From NCBI GenBank assembly GCA_022072445.1, contig JAJVHV010000030.1, positions 5,971 through 69,970 of the forward strand: a stretch of 64,000 bases of DNA, written 5' to 3'. Under the pieces are notes generated by a model. That model made no database searches, had not been told where the DNA came from, and saw only the letters and a program-made list of their open reading frames with translations. Within the stretch, counting starts at the first letter, position 1. Every line of letters starts with the position of its first letter. This DNA comes from Phycisphaerae bacterium (GTDB lineage Bacteria > Planctomycetota > Phycisphaerae > UBA1845 > Fen-1342). The position numbers and the translations under genes were made by a program. Positions 49,460 through 58,207 of the stretch are shown piece by piece.

Positions 49460-50038
49460 TTGAACCGGATCAGAGCACAGGAGCCGCGCATCAGCCGGGG
49501 AACGCCGCGTGCGCATCGCAACGCAGAAACATCGCGCTGGTTGGACCTCCTTGGCCGCCTCGAAGAGCGCCTGATGGAGTGCCACGAGGACGACACCCCT
49601 GACTCGATCAGAAGGCGACTCGTCGAGGCGCGCGCGGTGATCGCCGCGTGGAAACAGATCAAATCTGACACGAGCGCGCCGGTCGACGGCGAGTGCGCAA
49701 ACGAGCGCTGGGCACGCCTGGTTCTACAGACACTCGACATGGCGCGAATTGTGTATGCGTGCAGACGGTCTCGGTGCAAGCGTTCACGCGCGCAACTTGA
49801 AGCGGGCTGTTGGGAGGAGGTTTTCCGAGCACTCACGACTGAGGAAGTTCTTTCGTTGCGTACACTTGCTCGACGGCTCAATAGCCGTCCGAGCACGATC
49901 GCTCAAACACGGCCGTGGAATGCGTATCAGGTGTATTGCGAGCGAACTGGTCGGAGAATTCTGCGCGCGCGACCGATTTTTGTAACATTGGATGAAAAAA
50001 GACATTACGGCACACCACACAATGAACCGGAGGACTAA
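49460..50038 (+). CDS. hypothetical protein (orphan, lower-GC islet)
   Basis: TTG start. The helical sequence is plausible (RWLDLLGRLEERLMECHEDDTPDSIRRRLVEARAVIAAWKQIK). No motif recognised. Confidence 0.35.
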   Translation: MNRIRAQEPRISRGTPRAHRNAETSRWLDLLGRLEERLMECHEDDTPDSIRRRLVEARAVIAAWKQIKSDTSAPVDGECANERWARLVLQTLDMARIVYACRRSRCKRSRAQLEAGCWEEVFRALTTEEVLSLRTLARRLNSRPSTIAQTRPWNAYQVYCERTGRRILRARPIFVTLDEKRHYGTPHNEPED

Positions 50039-50190
50039 ACCCCGGTCGTGGCGCAGTATAGTAGTGGCGGGCGGTAACTCACTGCTGCTGCGTCCTCTTG
50101 CCCTGTCGTACTCCACGATCAAGATCCCATTCAACGTAACCCGAGTCGGTGCATTCCTGCCGCTTGGGTCCTTTCTCCTTGGAGGAACCG

Positions 50191-50568
50191 ATGTTCGCGA
50201 ACACTGAAGAGGGTATGCTCGGGTCTTGCATGTCTTACTCAAAGGCGATGGCGATGCTAGCACAGAAATGGGGCGTGCCGAATCCAGGTCCGTCCCGGGG
50301 CAAGTCCCGGCTTGAAGACCTACTGAAGCTCGTGCAAACCATCGTGCGAGAAGAGGCGCGCCGAGCCGCGGATGAGGCAGTGTTTCGAGCGTTTCGTGTG
50401 GCAGCGAGGTGCCTGCCGAGCGATCCACGTGACGGACTATTCGTGCCGGCGCAACGCATTCGGATCAATACCGCCGATGTCGGGTTGCTAGAGATTCGGT
50501 CCTTTCGCGGGCACCGCGATGATGCACTACCGGAGGACGACGCGTGCCACCTATTAGTCCCCGGCTAG
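50191..50568 (+). CDS. hypothetical protein (orphan)
   Basis: ORF 50149..50568; ATG 50191 is preceded by GGAGG (50181-50185). No motif recognised. Confidence 0.4.
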   Translation: MFANTEEGMLGSCMSYSKAMAMLAQKWGVPNPGPSRGKSRLEDLLKLVQTIVREEARRAADEAVFRAFRVAARCLPSDPRDGLFVPAQRIRINTADVGLLEIRSFRGHRDDALPEDDACHLLVPG

Positions 50569-50897
50569 GCGGCATCGGTAAGTACATTCGCGACGCATCG
50601 TTGCCCGTTCACGATCCGCGCAGCGGATTTGAATCCGAGCACGCGGCGCGGCTGCTGATCCAGGCCGGGGCTCGGTGGATCGAGTTCGCCGATCTTGAGG
50701 TTTCCCGAACGGACGCACTCGACTGGATCGCGCGCGTCGTCAGCTCGATCCGCTCGAAGCCAAACGGCAGCGAGGAACTGACGCGCGCGCTCGAACGGGC
50801 ATCCGCGGAAACGGACAGGATGATTCGCGCGGCGAACTCAGGTCCGCTCGGCCGCGTTCTGGACGCACTCTCTCGGCCCTGGCGCAAGCCGACGTGA
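50544..50897 (+). CDS. hypothetical protein (orphan)
   Basis: GTG start overlapping the previous ORF by 25 nt. No motif recognised. Confidence 0.3.
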   Translation: MPPISPRLGGIGKYIRDASLPVHDPRSGFESEHAARLLIQAGARWIEFADLEVSRTDALDWIARVVSSIRSKPNGSEELTRALERASAETDRMIRAANSGPLGRVLDALSRPWRKPT

Positions 50898-51178
50898 GAC
50901 TCAGCCGTCAGGGCGGCGCCGCGACATCCGAACCCGGAGTCGATCTCGATACATCTTCGGTGATGGGTGCCGGCACTGGATCGCCGTGCTGCACAGGTCG
51001 AAGTCACGGTGGGAAGGCGTTGGCGGTCGTTGACGCGCTCCGTGCGCATGCCGACGCAACGGCCGTCGGCATGGCACCCGTGCATTCATGGGTTTGTGGA
51101 TTGGTGTATTCAAACACGCAGCGCCCTCGCTCGCTCGGCACCTTTGGTGAAGCACCATTGCGCCCCGCGCTCGCAACG

Positions 51179-54100
51179 CTACCTCACACTGAAATACCGC
51201 GCCGCGGGATGATGCGCGATCACCGCGCTGGTGCTCTGCTCCGGATCAAGCTGGTATTCGTCGCTGAGCGAAACGCCGATGCGCTGCGGCTCGAGCAACT
51301 GCATGAGCTTGGCCTGGTCTTCCAGGTTCGGGCAGGCCGGGTAGCCGAAGCTGAAGCGGCTGCCCTGGTAGCCCTGCTGAAACAGCTTCTGCCGCTCGCG
51401 GGCGTCGTCGCCGGCGATCCCAAGCTCCATCCGCACCTGCTTGTGCACGTATTCGGCCAGCGCCTCGGCGGTCTCGACGCCCAGGCCGTGCAGGAAGAGG
51501 TATTGCTGATACTCGTTGCGGGCGAACCACTCGCGGGCCACCTCGCTGACGCGCTGGCCGGCGGTCACCAGCGAAAGGGCGATCACGTCGGTCTCCCCGC
51601 TCTCGACCGGTCGCCAGAAGTCGGACAGACACCAGTGCGGCGGCTTCTGCTGCCGCGGGAAGGTGAAGCGGGCCACTTCACAGCCACGTTGCGACGGAGA
51701 CAAGGGCGAGCGAGAAGGTAGCCCGAATGAGCCACGGAGGGAGGGAGCGGCTCGATCGCTGGACAGGCCCGGAGAAGCGAGCGCAATCGGAGTCGATCCC
51801 GGCGCAGACGCCATCGACTCCAGTCCTTCCTTCCCCTTCGTGCCTCCGTGGCTTCCTGGCTTCGTGGCGCCTTCTCCTTTCGTGGCTTCGTGGCTTCGTG
51901 GCTTCGTGGCTGTGTCCCAGATGATCAGATCGTCGCCGTCGGAGTTGCAGGGCCAGTAGCCGTAGATGGCCTGCGGCCGGAGGATCGCCTCGCGCTCGCA
52001 ACGCGCGACCAGCTCGCGGTAGATCGGCCGCACGTCGCGGTCGATGTAGCGGCGGAAGTCATCGCCGGCGCGGCCGCGCTTGCGGAAGCCCCACTGCACC
52101 TGGAAGAGCATGATCTCGTTCATGTAGCCCAGAGCGGCCTTGAGCGGGATGTGCTCGAGCACGCGCGCACCCCAGAAGGGCGGCGCGGGAATGGCGTTGT
52201 CGATCGGGATTTCGGAGCGGCGGCGCGGCGGCGCGGCGGCGCGGGCGCGGTCAATCGCGCTGGCCGCGACGAGCGGGCCCTCGGCGACGGCGTCGTCATC
52301 CTCGGCGGTCTCGCCGATGGCGGCGAGGCCGAAGCGCTGCTCGGCGTCGAGGTCGAGGCGGCGCGGGGGTTGGGCGGCGGAGATCGACGCTGCTTCCAGG
52401 TCCGGGCGGTCCTTGCGTCCGAAGGAAACCCCTCCCTTACGGTCGGGGCTCGGCTGGGTGGCGGCGCTCGGCTGGGTGATTTCTCGTTCTTCCAACGCTT
52501 CGTCGCGTTGTCGCTTTTCCCCTTGGTCGTTTCGTCGCTCTGTCGCTTCGTCGCGTCGCCCCGTCGTCGCTTCGTCGCTTCGTCGCTTCGTCGCTGTGAT
52601 CTCCCCCATCAGCCGCAGACCCTCGAACGCGTCCTTCGCGTATGAGAGGCTTCCGGCGTAGAGCGGGCGCAGGTCGTTCTCGACGTAGCCGCGCGTCAGC
52701 GCGGCGCCGCCGAGGATGACCGGCACGCGGATGCCCTGCTCCTCGAGCACGAGCAGATCGTCGCGCATCACCAGCGTCGACTTCACCAGCAGGCCCGACA
52801 GCCCGATCGCGTCGGCGGCGTGCTCGCGCCAGGCGGCGATGACGTTGTTGATCGGCTGCTTGATGCCCAGGTTGAACACGCGGTAGCCGTTGTTGGTCAG
52901 AATGATGTCGACCAGGTTCTTGCCGATGTCGTGCACGTCGCCGCGGACGGTCGCCAGCACGATCCTGCCGCGCGACGTGTCGGCGGAGCGGTCCATGTGC
53001 GGCTCAAGCAGGGCGACGGCGGCTTTCATCGTCTCGGCGGACTTGAGCACGAAGGGGAGCTGCATCTGGCCCGAGCCGAAGAGGTCGCCGACGGTCTTCA
53101 TGCCGTCGAGCAGCAGGTTGTTGATGATGTCGAGCGGCGCGTAGGTCTGGAGCGCGACGGCGAGGTCGGCGTCGAGGCCGATTCTCTCGCCGTCGATGAT
53201 GCGGCGTTTGAGGCGCTCCTCGATGGGCAGGTCGGCGATCTTGACTTTCGTGCCGACTTGTTCGGTATCGGAGAAGAGGCCGATAAACCGAACCAGCGGG
53301 TCCTCATGTGGCACAGCCGCCCCCGGCTGTGAATGTGGCACAGCCGCCCCCGGCAGTGGCTGTGGCTGTGCCACATCGTAGATCAAATTCAGCGCCGCCT
53401 CCCAGCGCTCGTCGCTGATCTGATTGCGCGGCAGGATCTTGCTCGAATGCACGATCGCCGCGGTCAGGCCGCGCTGCCGGGCCTCGTGCAGGAACACAGA
53501 ATTGAGGACCGCGCGGGCGGCGGGGACAAGGCCGAAGCTGACGTTGCTGACGCCCAGGATCGACTGGCAGCGCGGGAAGCGCGTCATCACCGCTTCGATG
53601 CCGTCGAGCGTCTCGAGCGCCAGCCGCCGATCGGCCTCGTTGCCGGTCGTGATCGGGAATGTCAGGCAATCGAAGAAGATGTCCTCTTCGGCGACGCCGT
53701 ACTTGCGCGTGAGCAGGTCGTGAATGCGCGTGGCGATTTCGAGCTTGCGCTGCGCGGTCTTGGCCATGCTCTCGATCGGGTCTTCGTCGATCGTGAGCGC
53801 GACGACGGCGGCGCCGTATTGCCGCAGCAGCCGCGCGACGCGGGCCATCTTGACTTCGCCGTCCTCGAGGTTGACGGAGTTGACGATGCACTTGCCGCCG
53901 ATGAGCTTCAGGCCGGCTTCGATCACCTCGGGCTCGGTGCTGTCGAGCATGATGGGGACGTTGACGTCGACGGCGTAGCGGTCGGCGACGCGCGTCATGT
54001 CGGCGACGCCGTCGCGCCCGACGTAGTCGACGCACAGGTCGAGGACGTGCGCGCCTTCCTTCACCTGCTCGACGCCCACCTGCACCAGGCCCTCGATGTC

Positions 54101-55363
54101 GCCTTCCGCGAGCAGGCGTTTGAACTGCCGGCTGCCGTTGGTGTTGCTGCGCTCGCCGACGATCAGAAAGCTGTTGTCCTGGCGGTAGGGCATGGCCTGG
54201 TAAAGGCTGCTGCACGCCGCCTCACGAGATCGGCTCGGCGATGGGCCTAATGCAGAATGAAGAATGCAGAATGCAGAAGCGTCCTCCGTCGTCGAGCCGG
54301 GCTCAGGTTTCGTCGCCGGTGCGGGCGGATGCTCGGCGGACCCAGAAAGGCCGATTGCAGAGGCATCCGGCGACGAAGAACCGGTTTCTGCATTCCGCGT
54401 TCTGCATTCTGCATTGCTTTCTGCATTGCCGTGGAATCCGATCGCCTCCACCACCGCGCGCAGATGCGCCGGCGTCGTGCCGCAGCAGCCGCCGACGATC
54501 CGCACGCCGTCAACGTCGACGAACTCCTTCAGCCAGCGGGCCAGCTCGGCCGGCGCGAGCGGGAAGTGCGTACGCCCGCTGACGAGCTGCGGCAGGCCGG
54601 CGTTCGGCATCACGCTGATCGGACGCGTGCTGTTCCGCGCCAGATACCGCACGTGCTCGCTCATCTCCTGCGGCCCGGTGGCGCAGTTCAACCCGATTAC
54701 GTCGACTTCCGGATACGCCTCGATCGCCACCAGCGCGGCGGCGACGTCGGTGCCCACCAGCATCGTGCCGGTGGTCTCCATGGTTACCTGCACCATGAGC
54801 GGCAAGCGCTTGCCGGTTTTCTCGAACGCCGACAGCACGGCCCAGATCACGGCCTTGGCGTGCAGGATGTCCTGACACGTCTCGATCAGCATCGCGTCGC
54901 AGCCGCCGTCGATCAGCCCGCGGGCCTGCTCGCCGTAGCTCTCGAGCAGCCCGTCGTACGAAATCTGCCGCAGCGTCGGCAGCTTCGTCCCCGGACCGAG
55001 CGAGCCGACGACGAAGCGCGGCCGCGGCAGCGTCGAAAACGCCTCGCACGCCCGCCGCGCGATCTTCGCCGCCGCGACGTTGATCTCGTAGCAGCGGTCA
55101 GCCAGGCCGAACTCGGCCAGCACGTGCCGCATGCCGCCGAAGGTGTTGGTTTCGACCGCGTCGCAGCCGACGTCGAGAAAGCTGCGGTGAATTTGCTCGA
55201 CGGCGTCGGGGCGGGTGAGGTTCAGGACTTCGCAGCAGTTTTCGAGGCCGTTGTAGTCGCTCAGCGGCAGATCGAGCGCGTGGATGCTGGTGCCCATGGC
55301 GCCGTCGAGAAACACCACGCGCCGCCCGACGAGTTCCAGAAACGCCGATTCCGATCCGCGCAA
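51179..55363 (-). CDS. metH: cobalamin-dependent methionine synthase with four repeat-derived in-frame insertions
   Basis: All modules are present: Hcy-binding (VVFLDGAMGT..GGCCGTTP), pterin-binding (FLIVGERSNTNGS), B12-binding (GDVHDIGKNLV), AdoMet activation (PACPNLEDQ). 1394 codons from a TTG start. Confidence 0.95.
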   Translation of the reverse strand: MRGSESAFLELVGRRVVFLDGAMGTSIHALDLPLSDYNGLENCCEVLNLTRPDAVEQIHRSFLDVGCDAVETNTFGGMRHVLAEFGLADRCYEINVAAAKIARRACEAFSTLPRPRFVVGSLGPGTKLPTLRQISYDGLLESYGEQARGLIDGGCDAMLIETCQDILHAKAVIWAVLSAFEKTGKRLPLMVQVTMETTGTMLVGTDVAAALVAIEAYPEVDVIGLNCATGPQEMSEHVRYLARNSTRPISVMPNAGLPQLVSGRTHFPLAPAELARWLKEFVDVDGVRIVGGCCGTTPAHLRAVVEAIGFHGNAESNAECRTRNAETGSSSPDASAIGLSGSAEHPPAPATKPEPGSTTEDASAFCILHSALGPSPSRSREAACSSLYQAMPYRQDNSFLIVGERSNTNGSRQFKRLLAEGDIEGLVQVGVEQVKEGAHVLDLCVDYVGRDGVADMTRVADRYAVDVNVPIMLDSTEPEVIEAGLKLIGGKCIVNSVNLEDGEVKMARVARLLRQYGAAVVALTIDEDPIESMAKTAQRKLEIATRIHDLLTRKYGVAEEDIFFDCLTFPITTGNEADRRLALETLDGIEAVMTRFPRCQSILGVSNVSFGLVPAARAVLNSVFLHEARQRGLTAAIVHSSKILPRNQISDERWEAALNLIYDVAQPQPLPGAAVPHSQPGAAVPHEDPLVRFIGLFSDTEQVGTKVKIADLPIEERLKRRIIDGERIGLDADLAVALQTYAPLDIINNLLLDGMKTVGDLFGSGQMQLPFVLKSAETMKAAVALLEPHMDRSADTSRGRIVLATVRGDVHDIGKNLVDIILTNNGYRVFNLGIKQPINNVIAAWREHAADAIGLSGLLVKSTLVMRDDLLVLEEQGIRVPVILGGAALTRGYVENDLRPLYAGSLSYAKDAFEGLRLMGEITATKRRSDEATTGRRDEATERRNDQGEKRQRDEALEEREITQPSAATQPSPDRKGGVSFGRKDRPDLEAASISAAQPPRRLDLDAEQRFGLAAIGETAEDDDAVAEGPLVAASAIDRARAAAPPRRRSEIPIDNAIPAPPFWGARVLEHIPLKAALGYMNEIMLFQVQWGFRKRGRAGDDFRRYIDRDVRPIYRELVARCEREAILRPQAIYGYWPCNSDGDDLIIWDTATKPRSHEATKGEGATKPGSHGGTKGKEGLESMASAPGSTPIALASPGLSSDRAAPSLRGSFGLPSRSPLSPSQRGCEVARFTFPRQQKPPHWCLSDFWRPVESGETDVIALSLVTAGQRVSEVAREWFARNEYQQYLFLHGLGVETAEALAEYVHKQVRMELGIAGDDARERQKLFQQGYQGSRFSFGYPACPNLEDQAKLMQLLEPQRIGVSLSDEYQLDPEQSTSAVIAHHPAARYFSVR
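51836..51914. repeat. octamer array (tggcttcg)n ending tggctgtg, inside metH
   Basis: The perfect array lies at 51883-51914, with degenerate copies from 51836. It encodes TATKPRSHEATKGEGATKPGSHGGTKG. Confidence 0.85.
52448..52598. repeat. gctcggctgggtg x2 plus octamer array (tcgcttcg)n ending tcgctgtg, inside metH
   Basis: The 13-mers lie at 52448-52460 and 52466-52478; the octamer array lies at 52567-52598. It encodes ATKRRSDEATTGRRDEATERR.. Confidence 0.85.
53306..53376. repeat. 27-nt tandem repeat with hairpin-forming core, inside metH
   Basis: atgtggcacagccgcccccggc(tgtga/agtgg) x2, followed by the inverted ctgtggctgtgccacat. The cacagccg/cggctgtg arms are self-complementary. It encodes PGAAVPH x2. 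Confidence 0.85.
54249..54430. repeat. ~180-bp composite palindromic element inside metH
   Basis: Outer arms are (gcagaat)n at 54251-54280 and (attctgc)n at 54386-54430. Inner arms are ggtttcgtcgccgg at 54306-54319 and ccggcgacgaagaacc at 54367-54382. Confidence 0.85.
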
Positions 55364-55408
55364 CGCGACTTCCTCTGTCTGCTGGCCGGTGAGATTCTAT
55401 GCGAACGC

Positions 55409-55512
55409 CGCCCCTGCTGCCCCCTTTGACCCTTCAACCCTTCGACCCCCTGGCCCCTCGCCCCGTGAGCCCCTCGGCCCCCTCGGCCCCCTCGACCTCT
55501 CGGCCCCTTCGA
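55409..55512. repeat. C-rich short tandem/dispersed repeats in the metH / aldolase divergent intergenic region
   Basis: Iterations of cccctcggcc / ccttcgacc between the metH start (55363) and the aldolase start (55538). Confidence 0.7.
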
Positions 55513-55537
55513 TTTGCTTTCCCCGCGAATCTTCATC

Positions 55538-56275
55538 ATGCTGTATCCGGAGCCGAGCACCTTGGCATTGAACGAACAGACCCTGCGCGAACAGATCTGC
55601 GATGTCGGCCGGCGAATTTACGCCCGCGGATTCGCCGCCGGCAACGACGGAAACATCTCGCACCGCCTCGGGCCGGATCGCGTCCTCTGTACGCCGACGC
55701 TGGTCAGCAAGGGCGCCATGAGGCCCGACGACCTCTGCATCGTCGACATGGAAGGTCGTCAGCTCGCCGGCACACTCAAGCGCACCAGCGAAATCATGCT
55801 CCATCTCGAAGTCCTCCGCGCCGACGCCTCCGTCCAGTCCGTCGTCCATTGCCATCCGCCGCACGCCACCGCCTTCGGCGTCGCGCACGAGCCGATCCCC
55901 TCGTGCATCCTGCCGGAGGTCGAGATTTTTCTGGGCGTTGTGCCGCAGGCCGAATATCAGACCCCCGGCGGCCGCGACTTCGCGGCGACCGTGCGGCCGT
56001 TTCTCGGACGGGCCAACACGGTGGTGCTCAGCAATCACGGCACGGTCAGTTGGGGTCCCACGCTCGAACAAGCTTATTGGAACACCGAAATCCTCGACGC
56101 CTACTGCCGCATCCTGATCCTGGCGCGGCTGCTGGGCCGGGTGGAACGCATTCCGGACGAAAAGGTCCTCGAGCTCCTGAAGCTGCGCGAGAAATTCGGC
56201 GCACCGGCAGACCCGCGCCTGGTCGAGGGTGCACCGATGCGGGTCAACGAGACGTTCGGGCGTCCGCCCGAATAG
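55538..56275 (+). CDS. class II aldolase/adducin-family protein (fuculose-phosphate aldolase or MTRu-1-P dehydratase-like)
   Basis: ORF 55514 (TTG)..56275; ATG 55538. GNDGNISHR, SEIMLHLEV, VVHCHPPHATAF, LSNHGTVSWG. Confidence 0.85.
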   Translation: MLYPEPSTLALNEQTLREQICDVGRRIYARGFAAGNDGNISHRLGPDRVLCTPTLVSKGAMRPDDLCIVDMEGRQLAGTLKRTSEIMLHLEVLRADASVQSVVHCHPPHATAFGVAHEPIPSCILPEVEIFLGVVPQAEYQTPGGRDFAATVRPFLGRANTVVLSNHGTVSWGPTLEQAYWNTEILDAYCRILILARLLGRVERIPDEKVLELLKLREKFGAPADPRLVEGAPMRVNETFGRPPE

Positions 56276-56671
56276 GGGCGGCGCCTACCAGAACCCCGCA
56301 CGCGAGTGCGGCGCGGCCGAACCCAACTCGCATGGTGGGTTCGGTGTACTGCCTCGGAAATATTGCGTCCTATTGGCCGGTGCGAAACGCCGTCCGCACT
56401 GGCCGGAGGCCGATGCGGACCGGCCGGAGGCCAATGCTCCCCTTCGGAATACCGCACGGCATTTCTGAGGCACTACACCAGGCCAAGGGTGCGGACCTCG
56501 AATCATCGGCGGCGAAATCGGAATACCGATACGGGCACGCGGTTTCTGCGCGCTCCGGAAGGGCTGCGGTCGCCGCCGGCGCGCAAGTCGTTGTGCCGGC
56601 TGAACGAAGCGTTCCGCATACGGCGGGTTTTTGTAATGTCGCCAGTGCAGCGGTGAGGTACACTTCCAGCA

Positions 56672-57079
56672 ATGGAAACGTCCCCCGGCATCCTGGGTCG
56701 ATTGTCCGAAAAAGTGCTCGGTTGGATCGCGCTGGGCCTGCTCGTCGCGCTGGGAATCGCCATCTGGCAGACCCCCGCCGACACCAAGCAGGCCATCTGG
56801 AGTGGCGTCTGGCGCGCCACGGCGTGGCTTGCGATCGTCGCGACGTTGCCCTGGGCCAGCCGCCTCTTCATGGGTCGCGTGCTGGAGCAATCGTCGAACT
56901 GGGCCGGGGTGGCGCTGGTCGCCGCTTACTGCCTGGCGGACGTGATCGCGGCGGTGTGCCTGATGACGGTCTGGCCGGCGAGCGGTTGGGCCTGGTTCCT
57001 GAGCGCCGTCGCGCTGGCCATCGCAGGGACGTATAATTATCTGGTTTGCGAGTATGTCGCGGAACAATCGGGCCTATGA
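56672..57079 (+). CDS. small integral membrane protein
   Basis: Four hydrophobic helices (WIALGLLVALGIAIW, WLAIVATLPW, GVALVAAYCLADVIAAVCLM, AWFLSAVALAIAG). Confidence 0.6.
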   Translation: METSPGILGRLSEKVLGWIALGLLVALGIAIWQTPADTKQAIWSGVWRATAWLAIVATLPWASRLFMGRVLEQSSNWAGVALVAAYCLADVIAAVCLMTVWPASGWAWFLSAVALAIAGTYNYLVCEYVAEQSGL

Positions 57080-57122
57080 AGCCGATCTGTGAACAATGCG
57101 GGCGGCTTTGCGGGGTCGAGCG

Positions 57123-58196
57123 ATGAGCACGAAATATCAGACCGGGCTGCGCGTCAGCGAATACGTACTGGAAGAATGCGTCGGCAGCGGCGCGTTCGCC
57201 GAGGTTTGGCGCGCCCGGCATCACATTTGGGAGTCCGAACAGGTCGCGGTGAAACTGCCGCTCCAGCCCGAATTCGCGCGCTATCTGCGGCGCGAGGGCG
57301 CGGTGGTCCACGGCGTGCGGCACGCCAACGTCGTGCGCGTCCTGGGGATCGACCCGTACGGCGAGATTCCGTATCTGGTCATGGAGCTGGTGCGCGGTCC
57401 GTCGCTCAAAAGCGTGATCGTCGAGCATCGCACCGGCGTGCCGGTCGACCTGGCGCTGCGCGTTTTCCGCGGCATCCTGACCGGGTTGGCGGCCGCGCAC
57501 GAAGCGAATGTGATTCACCGCGACATCAAGCCGGGCAACATCCTGCTCGATCTCAATGGCAAGCCGCTGTCGGAGCTGCGCAGCGAGCAGGTGAAGCTGG
57601 GCGACTTCGGCTTCGGGCTGGCCGACGTCGACGCCATGCAGTCGATCGCGCAGTCGGCGTCGATCAGCCGCTCCGACGCTCTGGTCGGAACGATCGCGTA
57701 CATGGCCCCGGAGCTGCGCGACGGGCACGCGGCAGCCGACGAGAAGTCCGACCTGTACGCCGTCGGGGTGGTGCTCTTTGAGCTGCTGACCGGCGAGCGG
57801 CCGGCCGGCGCCGAGCTGCCCAGCAGTGTCCGGCCGGCGATCAGCCCGGCGCTCGACGAGCTATTCAAGAAACTCTATGCGCGGCACGACCGCCGCTACG
57901 CCTCGGCCAACGCCGTGCTGCACGACCTGGACGCGCGGGTGCCCGCCCCCGACGGGGCGCCCGGCGCGCCGCACCTGCCGCCCTTGCCCGAGTCGGGCCG
58001 CCCGCGTTCGTCGCGGGCGAACTGGACGTGCGGCTCGTGCCATCGGCCGGCCGATCCGGCCGACCAGTTCTGCATCCACTGCGGGGCCCAACTGGTCGAG
58101 CGCGTGCGGCGTTGTCCGGGCTGCGATGGGTTTCCCGGCGTGGACGATCGATTCTGCATTTTTTGCGGCGCGTCGCTGCCGCCCGTGACCACGTGA
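57123..58196 (+). CDS. Ser/Thr protein kinase with C-terminal double Zn ribbon
   Basis: ORF 57096..58196. GSGAFAEVWRA..VAVKLP, HRDIKPGNILLD, DFG, GTIAYMAPE. C-terminus CGSC..CIHCG and CPGC..CIFCG. Confidence 0.9.
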   Translation: MSTKYQTGLRVSEYVLEECVGSGAFAEVWRARHHIWESEQVAVKLPLQPEFARYLRREGAVVHGVRHANVVRVLGIDPYGEIPYLVMELVRGPSLKSVIVEHRTGVPVDLALRVFRGILTGLAAAHEANVIHRDIKPGNILLDLNGKPLSELRSEQVKLGDFGFGLADVDAMQSIAQSASISRSDALVGTIAYMAPELRDGHAAADEKSDLYAVGVVLFELLTGERPAGAELPSSVRPAISPALDELFKKLYARHDRRYASANAVLHDLDARVPAPDGAPGAPHLPPLPESGRPRSSRANWTCGSCHRPADPADQFCIHCGAQLVERVRRCPGCDGFPGVDDRFCIFCGASLPPVTT

Positions 58197-58207
58197 GGTG
58201 ACGCGCG

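Noticed and set aside
50036-50110. tRNA-like string (gtggcgcagtatagtagtggcgg)
   Set aside because: I could not build a cloverleaf. There is no complementary acceptor or anticodon stem and no GTTCGAATC-type T-loop.
51179-55363. metH as a repeat-disrupted pseudogene
   Set aside because: The reading frame is uninterrupted over 1394 codons and all catalytic modules and motifs are intact. The insertions fall at linkers or loops.
51836-55512. Repeat arrays in and around metH as a possible CRISPR array
   Set aside because: The units are 7-27 nt without regularly sized unique spacers. They belong to several unrelated families, lie inside a continuous ORF, and no cas genes are present.
55364-55537. 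Cobalamin or SAM riboswitch upstream of metH or the aldolase gene
   Set aside because: The region consists of C-rich simple repeats, and no B12-box-like or SAM-I core sequence is recognisable by eye. I did not test it by covariance model.
56520-56590. SRP-RNA-like motif (ctccggaagggctgcgg)
   Set aside because: Only the GGAA tetraloop context is similar. The conserved AGCA/symmetric-loop nucleotides and the flanking helix 8 pairing are absent.
55399-57036. 545-aa plus-strand ORF across the aldolase gene and the following gap
   Set aside because: It is out of frame with the well-supported class II aldolase (55538-56275). The translation is Arg/Pro/Ala low-complexity.
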